A DNA stretch of 64,000 nucleotides from Octopus vulgaris (lineage: Eukaryota): positions 151,528,001-151,592,000 of the forward strand of contig OX597814.1 in NCBI GenBank assembly GCA_951406725.2. Direction: 5' to 3'. A model generated the notes under the pieces. That model made no database searches and was not told the DNA's origin. It saw nothing but the letters and a program-made list of their open reading frames with translations. The first letter of the stretch is position 1, and every line of letters begins with the position of its first letter. Shown here piece by piece: positions 27,357 through 39,063 of the stretch. Made by a program: the position numbers and the translations under genes.

Positions 27357-27683
27357 CAAAAGCTCCGTATACCGGAAGCCAGCAAGTGTATGGGGTCATC
27401 AGGAGAGAATGTACGACGTTTCGGAGCCTACCTCTCGACGGCATCAATGCGCACCGCGCCCCCCTCACTAATATGAGGCCCCGCTTGCTAGATCAGCTGG
27501 TTATGAAGTTAAACTCAATATCCTTCTAGCCATCGCTCATCGTCTCTTTTTAACCAAATCCAGTGGCTAGCCTTCTGTAGATTGGATATCAGTCATGGTG
27601 GTATTGACTTTACGATGAGTTAGGCCTAGCGATAACAACAGTCGTCTCACGCTGTGTCCAACAAACCCTCTACATCCGATAGT
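27357..27683. other. Anomalous CpG-rich 327-nt insert with hammerhead-like motifs
   Basis: About 50% GC and about 18 CpG in CpG-poor flanks; AGT direct repeat at both ends; see findings. Confidence 0.55.
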
Positions 27684-29551
27684 ACATGCTCATCCTCTGT
27701 TAAATCTAATAGTTGCATAAAATAAATTAGCATCAACAAACAGAACTTCAACTAAATGATCTGTTTTTGATTGGTGGACATGTTTCCTAAAGAAAATATT
27801 TCCACCAGGCAGGCATCATCCAAACAAGTTTAGTTTCACTATTTGTTGTATATCCTACACAAAGAAAGAATCTTTAATGTGATGTGCAGTTAGTTAGAGC
27901 CAATAAGTATGACCTCATTGAATGTAAGGTTTCTCAGAGAATTAACTCCAATATGGAAATTTGTAGACTTCAAAGCTAACTGTATGCTCTTTTACAATGT
28001 ACCATTATGTAGTTACCATGGACTATTCCCCTGTCAATTGTTTGGAGTACCACTCAAACACTGGGGTCTATTTCATTGGTTAACTCCTTTATTATTAACA
28101 TTTGACTGTTGAGCCAGTGCAAGTGCACTGTGGTTGATATTACATTTAAAACATTACATATATATATATATACACTTGACAGATTTTACATTTCACAACT
28201 GTGTATACAATGTTTCATATCATTTACATTGATAATATCTTAGCAGTAAATCTATAATCTCTGTTTTGTCCTTGAATGAACATCAGAAATTATAAAGAGA
28301 AATACTTAAAAAGAGTAAAAAAAACAACAATCCCTCTCCACCAAAAACAAACACCAACAACAAAACATACAATAATGGAATCATGATGAATTCAAGTCAC
28401 AAGAACAACTTAGAAACAATATTAATGAACAGGCTATATGTACATCGTATGGAGAATCAGTTTTAGAAGAGCTGGCATAAATAGACATAAATAATACAGC
28501 ATGAAATGTATAAATATTTAAAACAGGTTTGTTTGTTCACTTTATATCTGTTTTTCCATACTAACTTAGATTAGAGAAATACATATCAGTGAGGCATTGT
28601 TTTTACAGTAAGATGTCCAACATGTCATCAACCTTTACTTGCTTTTTCAAATAAGGATCTTTTCATTCCACTCATCTTTGAAAGTGCAGAGCTACCGGAT
28701 AATATGTTGACAGGGAAATGAGTACAAACAACAACACTGTCCATGGTTCAGATCAATGATGACAATAAACTTTCACACAGACACACATATGCATACAAGC
28801 ATACATCTATGCATGTAAGCATACCTCTCCCAATAGACACACACACACATACATGATAATGATATATATCATCATAATCATAGTTTAACATCCACTTTCC
28901 ATGCCGGCATGGGTTGGACAGTTGGACAGTTTGACATAGAAATCACTAGCAGGGAGCTGCCCAGACTACAACAGCCCATTGAGGCATGGTTTCTAAAGCT
29001 GGACGCCCTTCCTAATGGCAACCACTTAACAAAGTATGCTGGGTGCTTTTTACATGTTACTGGCTCTATATAGTTTCTGTCTACCAAATTGATTCATGTT
29101 GGCCTAGGACTTTAAACTGTGTAGTGAGAGTGAATCTGAAATTATGAATTATGCGGTAACACCTAAGAATTATGAGTTAAATTAGAGAAGAATTTTATTT
29201 CCATCACTATCTGTGCCAGTTCCAACTTTGAGTCATTGGATCAAAGTAGAATAACTCGCTCTAATGTTCCAGTTTTTGGTATGGCTTCCACAGTTTGATG
29301 CCTTTCCTAATACATACCACATTACAGTGCAGTGGGTGCATTTTATCATGGCACCATATTTAATGTGTACACAATCAGCATTTACCTCCGTATTTCATGC
29401 TAACTAGGGGGTTATGTTGGACACCAATGTTTGCTTTGGCAAGTTTTTTTAGTGCAGAATGCCCTACTTAATACCAACAGCGTATTAGTTGTACAAAATG
29501 AAAGCATTAGTACTCAATACCATAGCTCACTACAATCAATATATTATTTAA

Positions 29552-30029
29552 CCCTTTTGTGACTGTATTTATTTTGAGATGCTCTGTGTTTCTTTCAATT
29601 ACTTTAAATATAACAAAGAATTTAATAAAATAACTTAGTTATCATTAAGCTAGTGTTAGGAACATAAATTGTGACAAACATTAGGTGGAAGATTTTAATT
29701 CAAAAGTTATGAAAACAAGACATTTATACTCAGAGAAAGAGCCGGTTTCAGCAGGGTTGGTAACGAAAGGGTTAAGCATAGTTAGACATAAATCAGAATT
29801 CCAACACTGAGTATGGTGGCAGTGCTACCCTAAAGGTTAACCCTTTTGATACCAACCTGCCTGAAACTCTTTGGTCTTATGATACAAATTCCTTGTTAAA
29901 TTTCGTGTTAATCTATACTCCAAACATCACCTTAATAATGATAAAGTTATCTTAATAAATTCTTCATTATTTTCAAAATTACTTGAAGCAATGGCAGTAT
30001 ATTTCAATAAAACTATGGTTATGAAAGGG
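29552..30029. mobile_element. Two adjacent piggyBac-like MITEs (29552-29771 and 29841-30029, opposite orientation)
   Basis: TTAA TSDs and CCC/GGG termini. Confidence 0.75.
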
Positions 30030-30034
30030 TTAAA

Positions 30035-30376
30035 GAGTAAAGACCCCTTTTGGTCATGATGATCATGGGATTGCACCTAAAAGTTCCCCTGTGAGGCACA
30101 GGTCCAGGTAAAGTTATTTATGGAAGACCAGCAGTCACCCATGCATACCAGCCTCCCCTATCCATGCCACTGATGTTATCCAAGAGAAAAGCAAAGGCCA
30201 ATTACAGCTTGGAATCAGTGATGTCACAATTCAGTTCTAAAGATGAGTGAACTGGAGCACTATGAAATAAAGTGTCTTGCTCAAGGACACAAAACACAGC
30301 CCAGTCCTGGAATTGAACTCACTACCTTATAATTGTGAGCCTGATGCTCTAACCACTGAGCCATGTGCCCTCACAT
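30035..30376 (-). mobile_element. SINE family C variant
   Basis: Matches 57435-57770; flanked by aaagggttaa duplicates. Confidence 0.75.
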
Positions 30377-32514
30377 AAAAGGGTTAAGACCATAGTATAT
30401 TGGACAGTTGACCTTGGCTCCATGGGATTAATGGCCCATATTGATCTAGGTGTACTGTGATTTACTGTCAATAAATAAATTTAGGAGTCCCAGTGCATTG
30501 CTTTACCTGAGAGAGTGATAATGTCATTAAAATAACTTTGAATGATAGCATGACATTTTCTTTCGGCATAATGTGAAACCCAGGGCACTGACATGTTTTA
30601 TAATTTAATCATTTATCCATTCCTGCATTTTTACACACATGCATGCACACCCACATATACATATATATATAACAGGTATGGGCATGGCTTACATATATAT
30701 ATAACAGGTATGGGCATGGCTGTGTGGTTAAGAAATTTGCTTCAAAACCAAGTGGTTAGAGGTTCAGCAGGCAGACAGAAACGGATGAAGCCTATTGTAT
30801 ATGCATCATCATTATCATCATCAATGATACATATACATCAATCATACATACACAGATGCAGGAGTGGCTGTGTGGTAAGTAGCTTGCTTACCAACCACAT
30901 GGTTCCGGGTTCAGTCCCACTGTGTGACACCTTGGGCAAATGTCTTTTGGGCCGACCAAAGCATTGTGAGTGGATTTGGTAAACGGAAACTGAAAGAAGC
31001 CCATTGTATATATGCAACGGCGGTACATCAGCATGGCCACAGCTCTGAACTGAAACCAGAGAGAGAGAAAAAAAATACACTGGGCTTCTCAAAATATGTG
31101 TGTGTGAGTGTGTGTCTGCGAAATACAATGTGCTTACGTGAGTTTGTATTTCCTGCTGTCTTAATATGTATTCACTAATTACAAAAAAAAAAAAAAAAAT
31201 CTCTTTGAAATAATGTTATTTGCTTCCAATTTTCCATATAATTATGTCTGGGCAGTCTATTATTGTTTGATGGACTTGGGGATTATTTCCTTGCTTGTGA
31301 AATAAGTGAGAGTTGATATTAGGAAGGGTGTCTGTCCATTGAAAAACTCTACCCCAAAATAGTACTGTCTCATTCTGCGTAAGCATGGAAAAGTAAAGTA
31401 GACAGTATGATGATGATGATGATGATGATGAACAGTGAAATTGCTTAAAACTTAGCTTAATATAAAAAACAGTGATACTGTCAAATGGAAATGTAAAAGC
31501 TAGAAGAGATGAATTTAACAGCTTGATTGTAAAAGTCTATGATTGAAAATTGTTTATAATGTGTTTGTGTTAATATGTACATGTACAATTGATTTGGTAA
31601 CAAGGAAGACCTTCATGAGATGAAGAAAAAGAAAGCTTTACAAAAAAGAATTAAATAATTAAGACAACAGTCATATGATGATGAATTTTTAGAAAAGAAA
31701 TTTGTAAAGTATACTTCATGCATTTTGAAGATACTACAATATAGATTCTAAGATTTGGAGCAATGAAGAAGAGATTTTAGATTAAAACGTTATTTAGCCA
31801 GATTTACATTTACTAAAAATTGTGAAATAATGGGAGATATTTTCTTATAATAGAATTGCTTTTTGAATATTGTCTTAGAGACAAGAGATCTAAGTATCAG
31901 AACAATATGTTAGTCTTTTGCATGGATCTTAGCATAATATCGCAGAGATCCATGATATTATGAGATAAGGGTTGATGGCAGGAAGGGCATCCAATTGAAG
32001 AAAACCTGCCTCAATCAACTCTGTCCAACTTTTGCAAGCATGGAAAAGTGGGCTTTAAAATGCTGATGAGGATGATGACAAATAAGAAACATGTTTTACA
32101 ATTCCAAGCTTATGAGGTAGAATTATTTATTTATTTATGGATAAAGGAAACTGGAATGTTTTCTTTAGGTATTAAAAATATCATTTTGATATGAATGTGT
32201 TTCAGTTAAAAGGAACATCTGCTGACAAAAGATGTAAATTTTCTAGTCCCACAAAATGGGAATTATTATTGAAGAAAATTTAACGTGTTTGTTGTGATGT
32301 CGAATGCAGTGGGACAGAATGTTGCATAGAAGACAAAATGCTATATGATGATGATAACAATGATCATTATGCTAATGAGGATGAAAATCCTCAAAATATA
32401 GAGGGACAGAAAGAAAGAAACCAAGACAGAAATGGGGGAGGGGACAAAGATAATTGTAGCATGAAATGTATTGAGAACAGTGAGGAAGAATAGTATTGCC
32501 TATACCATCTTTAA

Positions 32515-33123
32515 CCCTTTTGTTACCATATTCCTGTAGAGATGCTCTGTGTTTCTTCCAATTACTTTAAATATAACAAAGAATTTAGTAAAGTAACTTA
32601 GTTATCATTCAGCTAGTGTTAGGAACATAAATTGTGACTAAGGTTTGGTGGAAGATTTTAATTCAAAACTTTTGAAAACAAGACATTTGTACTATACAGC
32701 CAGAGCCGGTTTGTTAACGAAAGGGTTAAATAACAAATTGAAACCATGTCTCTTTTTTACAAAAGGCATTAGCAACTGAATGAAGCAGTTCCAACTGGGA
32801 ATCAAAACCAAATTGCCAAATCAGTTTTCTAAGAAGTGTGGTCAAACAGTCTAAGATACTACATACTTCTGCACCTGTACACTCTGCATGATGAACTATT
32901 AACTCTTTAGTACCCAGATTAGTCTGTCAAATGTAATGCTTATTTTTCGACATTGTTTTGAATTATTTGTACAATATTTTATAGCTTCAATATTTCGATG
33001 ATGTGATTGTTTAGTTTTAGACAGACATTGTAGATTAAGATATGAGAGGCCAGTTCTGGCCAGTTTGAACATAAAACGAGTAGAATATTTTAACCAGATA
33101 TGACCAATTTAAATGCTAAAGGG
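32515..33123. mobile_element. piggyBac-like MITEs: family 2 (32515-32725) and family 1 (32903-33123)
   Basis: TTAA TSDs and shared internal sequence with other copies. Confidence 0.8.
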
Positions 33124-34549
33124 TTAATATAGTCTCAAAATTTAGTTAAGTACTTTGGGGTGTTAATTAGTAATTTAGTAAGAGTTCTCTTCAGATCCCT
33201 AAAATACATAATAGACCAAAGGGAAATAAACCTTAGGACTTCCTGACACCAACTACTACTCAGTGAGTACTTGGTGCTTTTTATATGATACCAGCACTAG
33301 TGAGGTCACCAAAACAAAGACAAATGAGCAGGGTAGTAGTAATTTCCAATATACTCTGCAAAATGGTTTGTGTTAGGAAGGGCAATCAACCATAGAAACC
33401 ATGTCACAAATGGAATGTTATGAATGAGATATGGATCTCCAACCTATCTAGAGGGGCAGTAACTCCAATAGGTAGCCTCCTTTCATCTTGATGCCCCATC
33501 CAATCCATGCCAGATTGAAAAGAAGATATAAAAATGATGACAACAATGATGATTATGACATCCAGCAACCGTCTGCATAGTTTCCATCAACCAAATTTTA
33601 TTCATATGGCACCTGTTGACCCATGGCTATCGTAGCATACACTTTCTGAATTATCATGTAGTAGGATCAAACCTAGAAGCAGTTGATTGTGAAGTGAATT
33701 CCTTAATCACATGACCATGTATAAGTGATATATATATATATGTATAAATATATTTATATAAATGTATATATCATTCATATATATCATAAAACACATATTT
33801 ATAAAAAATCTTAACATATAAAATATCAATTCACATTTCAAGTTCTTTGCATGTTATGTTCAATCTTTTCGTCATACTGGAGGGAGAAAGCAAAGACTGT
33901 GCTGAGAGAGGTGAAAGCAAAAGAAAAGAAAGCTATAACAGAGAATAACAGATTAGAATAGATAGAGAGGTTGGAGTGCTAGTGAGACAAACAGTTGTGC
34001 AAGTACACAATTAAATATAAGGAGAGGTGGAAAAATAGTGAGAGATGAAACATACTGTAAGAGAGAAGTGGAAAGACGCTAAAGACGGAAGATTAGAGAT
34101 ATAATGGGAGCAAGAGAGAAAGATCCATGTATGATATTGAAGTGAATGTGACAAGAAGATGTTGGGACATAAAGAAGAGAGGTAGAGGCAGATTTTCATT
34201 GACAGAAAAAGGTGAAACACACACACACATAAATACATACAGGTCATCGTCAACTCACAACCACAATTGGTTCCAACTGACTGGAAAAGTCCAAAGAAGG
34301 AAAAGAAATTGCCAACAGGACATGTGTAATTACACACACACACACATTAACATATGTGTGTGTGTGTATGTGTTATAGGGAGGAAGGGTAGAAGTGAATT
34401 ATGATAGTGAATCAGTGAGACTAATGAAGGATTGTGAAGAGAGATAAGAAAAATAAGTGTGAAGATAACAATTGAGATTAAATGAAACTGGGGAGAAAAT
34501 GGAGCAATGTTTGATAAACATTAAGAATTATTGAGAGGAAGCAGGAAGA

Positions 34550-35393
34550 AACACCATCATTTTTACATGTATTCTGCTAGTTTATGCACATTGTTTGTTT
34601 TCGATTTTGTTGACTACATAGTATAGTAGGGTCAGTTGGGCACCGTCTTTGAGAAAAACAGCACCATGATGCAATTCACTCTGCCAGAAATTTGGAAACG
34701 ACATGCCGTACTGCTTAGCATTCAAGCAGGAAGCTCCAATAAGAAAATTTCAGAGTGTTTGGGTGACAATATGAGGACATGTGCCAAGAGTGATAAAAAT
34801 CAAACATCCAGTCAACATCATAGTGTTTGGAGTGATCACTAGTGATGGTGACGTTATGTCTCCACTCATTTTCTCACACGGTTTCAGACTCAACACAGGC
34901 CTACATCAAGTGCTTGAAGGAGGTAGTGCTGTCCTGGGTCAAGAGGGTGGCTGCTGGAAGACCCTATGTCTAGTAACAGAACTCTGCACCATGTCACACA
35001 AGCAGGAGAACCCAGTCATGGCTGTCAGACAATTTCTGTGACCACATCACCCCTAACATCTGGCTGCCTAACTCCCCATACTGCAAGCCCGTTGATTATT
35101 ATGTGTGGAGTGCAGTTGAGCAAGTGACCAACAAAACTCCTTATAACACCAAAGATGAACTGAAGGCACAGATTATGGCAGCATTGACCAACTTAAACAA
35201 GGAGGAGACCGTCCAGAAGAGTTGTAGGAGATTCCGAAGTCGTCTGGAGGTTGTAATTGAAGCCACTGGCGATTTTACTGAATAAATTTACTCTTTAGTA
35301 TTTGTATGTAATTTTGGTAAATATATCTGTTCAAATGAAATGTCAGTGTTATTTTCATTTTTGCGTAATTTAGACAACAGTTTATTCACTGCA

Positions 35394-35397
<4 letters not shown>
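34550..35397 (+). mobile_element. Internally deleted Tc1/mariner (maT-like) element
   Basis: Same family and same internal deletion junction (tgaggacatgt) as 15255-17489; includes C-terminal CRRFRSRLEVVIEATG. Confidence 0.85.
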
Positions 35398-35466
<69 letters not shown>

Positions 35467-35477
35467 TGTGTGTGGTC

Positions 35478-35526
<49 letters not shown>

Positions 35527-35639
35527 TTAAAATGAGGGTGAGAAATTAGATATTAATTTAATTAACATCGATTTCACACCAGTGGTCTAGCATAAAAAAA
35601 CTGAAGGTTCAGTAAAATTGTATTATATATATATATTAG

Positions 35640-35730
35640 AGGGAAACCACTATGTGGACACCCTTATGCTAGAAATAGATCTGTAGCGGATCTATTTCTA
35701 GCATAAGGGTGTCCACATAGTGGTTTCCCT
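35640..35730. repeat. Perfect 42-bp-arm palindrome in a TA repeat
   Basis: agggaaaccactatgtggacacccttatgctagaaatagatc-tgtagcg-its reverse complement. Confidence 0.95.
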
Positions 35731-36343
35731 TTTATATATATATATCATGAAGTATATTTGCCACCAAAATGTGGTTAACCCTTAAAGGTTGATGCCACTG
35801 TTGCTTGTAGCCCCAGGAAGACATCTCCTCCAGCTGGCTCGATAGATATTTATATATATATAGTGTTCTACAATACTCTGGTTATATGGATGTACACATC
35901 AACACATAATTTTTCTGTATAGATGAGAATATCTTTTCAATTGTTTTTCCATAACTTTTTGTATGAATAATCCTTGACACCACACCTTTGGGCACAGATT
36001 GAATGTTTGAAACATAAACCTGCATGCCATTTGCCATGCAGCTGTTATACAGATCTGAGTGAACAGAACTATGATCAAAAGTGTTCCACCCATGACCATC
36101 CCATCTCTTTCTGATTCAGGGCATTTAGGAGTACTTAATTCAATATGCCCTTTTTTTCTTAAGATGGCAGCATGTAACTGGAAACGGATTTGGTTGCTAA
36201 TCTAAGAGGCTGATAACCACACTGAGGTTCCTTTACAATCTAAATTCTCATGATAAGATTTAGAGAGACAAAATATGTTTTTCATTTGTCTGCTCTCCAG
36301 CTATAAAGGAGATACACAAAAGGAACTCAGCTGATTACTAAAG

Positions 36344-36349
36344 ATTTAT
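36344..36349 (-). terminator. Candidate polyadenylation signal for the phosphatase gene
   Basis: AATAAA on minus about 1.2 kb downstream of the stop, after U-rich UTR-like sequence; not unique. Confidence 0.3.
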
Positions 36350-37536
36350 TGAAAGAGGGTTGCAAATCCATTATAGAGAAATTTGTGTTGTGGTTATTTT
36401 GGCAAAGATATGAGTCATGTACCTGTTTGGAATAGGTTGGAAAAAAACAGTAATTTTAGGATGATTACAGTAGTCGTTGCATATGTTTCTGAGTTGCAAG
36501 ATGTGTGTACATGTACAAAGGACTTGATGAAATTCAGGTCAGTTTTAATTTAATAATCAGCTTAAGTAATTAACATATAATGTTTCAGATTTGTAAGCCA
36601 TGATTTCACTTCACAAGTGTTGCAAGTTATTAAGTAAAAAGTATTTCCTTTTTTTTTTGTTTCAATCTACTAAGATAGTAAAATCAATCTAGATTTGAGA
36701 GTGGTTTTTATAGGAAGACATCTATGTATTTAATAAACGCTGCATACATCCATGCCTATATCTGAATTTGCATACCTATCCAACTGACAGCAGTATGAAC
36801 AAATTAGGCATAAAAATCAATTCATGTCACTGAGTTGGATAAAACAAAACAATAAGGGAAGATGTAAATTCTTTAAAATATCTATCTTAAATTTTATAGG
36901 AAAGATAGCTCAAGAGGATTAGTACTGAAAGAGAATTGTCTTGCAAACATAATTTATGGAAACAACAGTTAGAAAATGAAAACCTTGAAGAATATCTGGT
37001 ATCAAAACATGTCATATAGTGTTCTAATACTTAAGAAAACACAGACATCATCAATTTAGAAACTCTGCCAACTTATTCATTGTTGGCCAATTTTGGCTTG
37101 GAGCTGAGAAAAAAATAATGATAATATTGATAACTATCAAACATTTCATGATACAAAAAATCGTATTTCTTAGTTCAGACAAAAATATTGATGTCATAAT
37201 GATTTTTCTTCAACAATGATTATAGCTGAATGTCTACTGAACAAAAAATGATAACCTGAATTTTGAAATAGTATCATTTCATAATTTTGTTTTTAAATTC
37301 CAAACATGAGATCAATGACATTTTTGATCACTCAAACAATTCTATCGTACACAACAAAATTTTAAAAATTAACTTATACCCAGAAAAACAATACCTAAAG
37401 ATCCTTGATCCACTTCCTAAACAGATCTCACCGGTCTCAGAAAGCTTCCAAAGGCTATGGGAACAACAGCCTCTTCTTCCTGACAAAATTTTTTTTTTTT
37501 AAATTCGTTTTCTGTATGTTGAAGCTCAACGCATCA

Positions 37537-39063
37537 TTATATGCGGTTTGTTAACTTTTTCGTGCAAAATACATATATGTGCTTCTTTGTGAGGTATAGA
37601 AGCAGGAAGCCAGATGCCATGAATATGTACAAAATGTAAGTACGAACTTTCTCTGAATATGCTCCAGTTTGAGAAAGATTGTTCAGTTCTTCTAAACTCA
37701 TATGCCTGGCTGCGTACACTGATTTATCTGGAAATATACCTTTCAAACTATATGGACCGTGTTTTGATTTTATCAACCACATTCGGTCCATTAGCTGATT
37801 ATTATTAACATAAAAGACTTCCCAGAAGACATGACTCTTGTTGAAAACATTCAAACGTCCAAATGATTCTTTTTTATGCTGTGTAGTTGCAAAAGCTGAC
37901 CAATGTTCACGAAATGATGAAATAGAATCAACGATATAGTTATAACCAAATGTTCCTATCACAATATGAACAGGACCTGGGGCATCTTTATAATTATAAG
38001 CCAGAACTCGTTTTTGATAAATAGGCCATGTTCTTTCATAACAATGTTCATGTCCACTGAGAATGAGATCAACTCCATATGTAAATAAAATCTTTTCAAG
38101 AGCGGCCCGAACTTTTGAATTGTCTGAAGCACAATCTTCCATCAAATTCTCAGCAGAGCAATACAGAGGTCTATGCGCAAGAACAAAGATCCAAGGTACT
38201 TGTTCCCGATTTGCATTCGCTTTAATCAAATCATTTTTCAGCCAATCTAGTTGGTCCTTCATTGCAAGATCATTTCTCATAAAATGTTCTGTTTCTAAAG
38301 AAATTACATGAACAACACCAATATCTAAACTGTACCAGAGTTGATTACTTAATGCTGGCCAATCTTGGTTCGGAACTGAAAATCGATGTCGATAATGTTC
38401 ATAATTGTCAAATGATTCATGATCGCCCGGTACAGTGAGGTACGGGATACGAGAGACCATATTTTTAAGTTTAGATAAAAATATGTCTCCAACGATGCCA
38501 TCATTTGATGCTAGGTTATAAGCAATGTCCCCAATGTGAAAAATCGAAGTGTACCTGTTGTTTATAGATTCTTGGACAACATACGGTATGCCCCCCGAAC
38601 GCGTGCCCATGTCAGCGAATACAAGAAAAGATTGTGTAATACTACTTGAAGTAGGTGATTGCGGTACTACGAACGATTCGATTGGATCAAGGTATGAATT
38701 AGATTTATTCTGGCGTATGATCTGATAGTAATATGTGTTCTCGGGTAGAAGGTTAGACAAAACAACTCGGTGAAAAAATCTTTTCTTTGCCGAGTTGAAC
38801 TGAACTGTTTTACCGATAGAGATCTGAGAGAGAAGACTTTTTGCAAATCCATATCTAACACGAGGTGGAATGTTTTTATCGTAGTCAGGGTTTGTAGAGC
38901 ACCATAAAATACAAATTTGGTTTGTTTTGTTACCAAATGAAATGTGAACTGTTCTCACCTCGGATATACTGTTATAAGTTTCTTTTGGTTTCATGATGGA
39001 ATGCTGAATAGAAATATCAATGAAGAAAAGTAACCAAAAGAGAGAAAACCGACTTTCCAACAT
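37537..39063 (-). CDS. ACP7: Purple acid phosphatase, acid phosphatase type 7 (ACP7/PAPL)-like; single coding exon; predicted signal peptide and C-terminal TM helix
   Basis: Intact 525-aa ORF (39114 start; likely true start is MLESRFSLFWLLFF at 39063). FN3-like N domain (HRVVLSNLLPENTYYY); metal motifs DMG, GDIAY, GDHE, VLAH, GHEH; YERTWP; PVHIVIG C domain; hydrophobic TYILYIFMASGFLLLYL. Confidence 0.9.
   Translation of the reverse strand: MLESRFSLFWLLFFIDISIQHSIMKPKETYNSISEVRTVHISFGNKTNQICILWCSTNPDYDKNIPPRVRYGFAKSLLSQISIGKTVQFNSAKKRFFHRVVLSNLLPENTYYYQIIRQNKSNSYLDPIESFVVPQSPTSSSITQSFLVFADMGTRSGGIPYVVQESINNRYTSIFHIGDIAYNLASNDGIVGDIFLSKLKNMVSRIPYLTVPGDHESFDNYEHYRHRFSVPNQDWPALSNQLWYSLDIGVVHVISLETEHFMRNDLAMKDQLDWLKNDLIKANANREQVPWIFVLAHRPLYCSAENLMEDCASDNSKVRAALEKILFTYGVDLILSGHEHCYERTWPIYQKRVLAYNYKDAPGPVHIVIGTFGYNYIVDSISSFREHWSAFATTQHKKESFGRLNVFNKSHVFWEVFYVNNNQLMDRMWLIKSKHGPYSLKGIFPDKSVYAARHMSLEELNNLSQTGAYSEKVRTYILYIFMASGFLLLYLTKKHIYVFCTKKLTNRI

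Noticed and set aside
27647-27649. In-frame TGA as possible selenocysteine
   Set aside because: TAG and TAA stops follow within a few codons, and no convincing SECIS was seen.
27355-27682. Insert as a plus-strand GT-AG intron or Introner
   Set aside because: Weak donor, poor polypyrimidine tract, and splicing would not restore the presumed empty site exactly.
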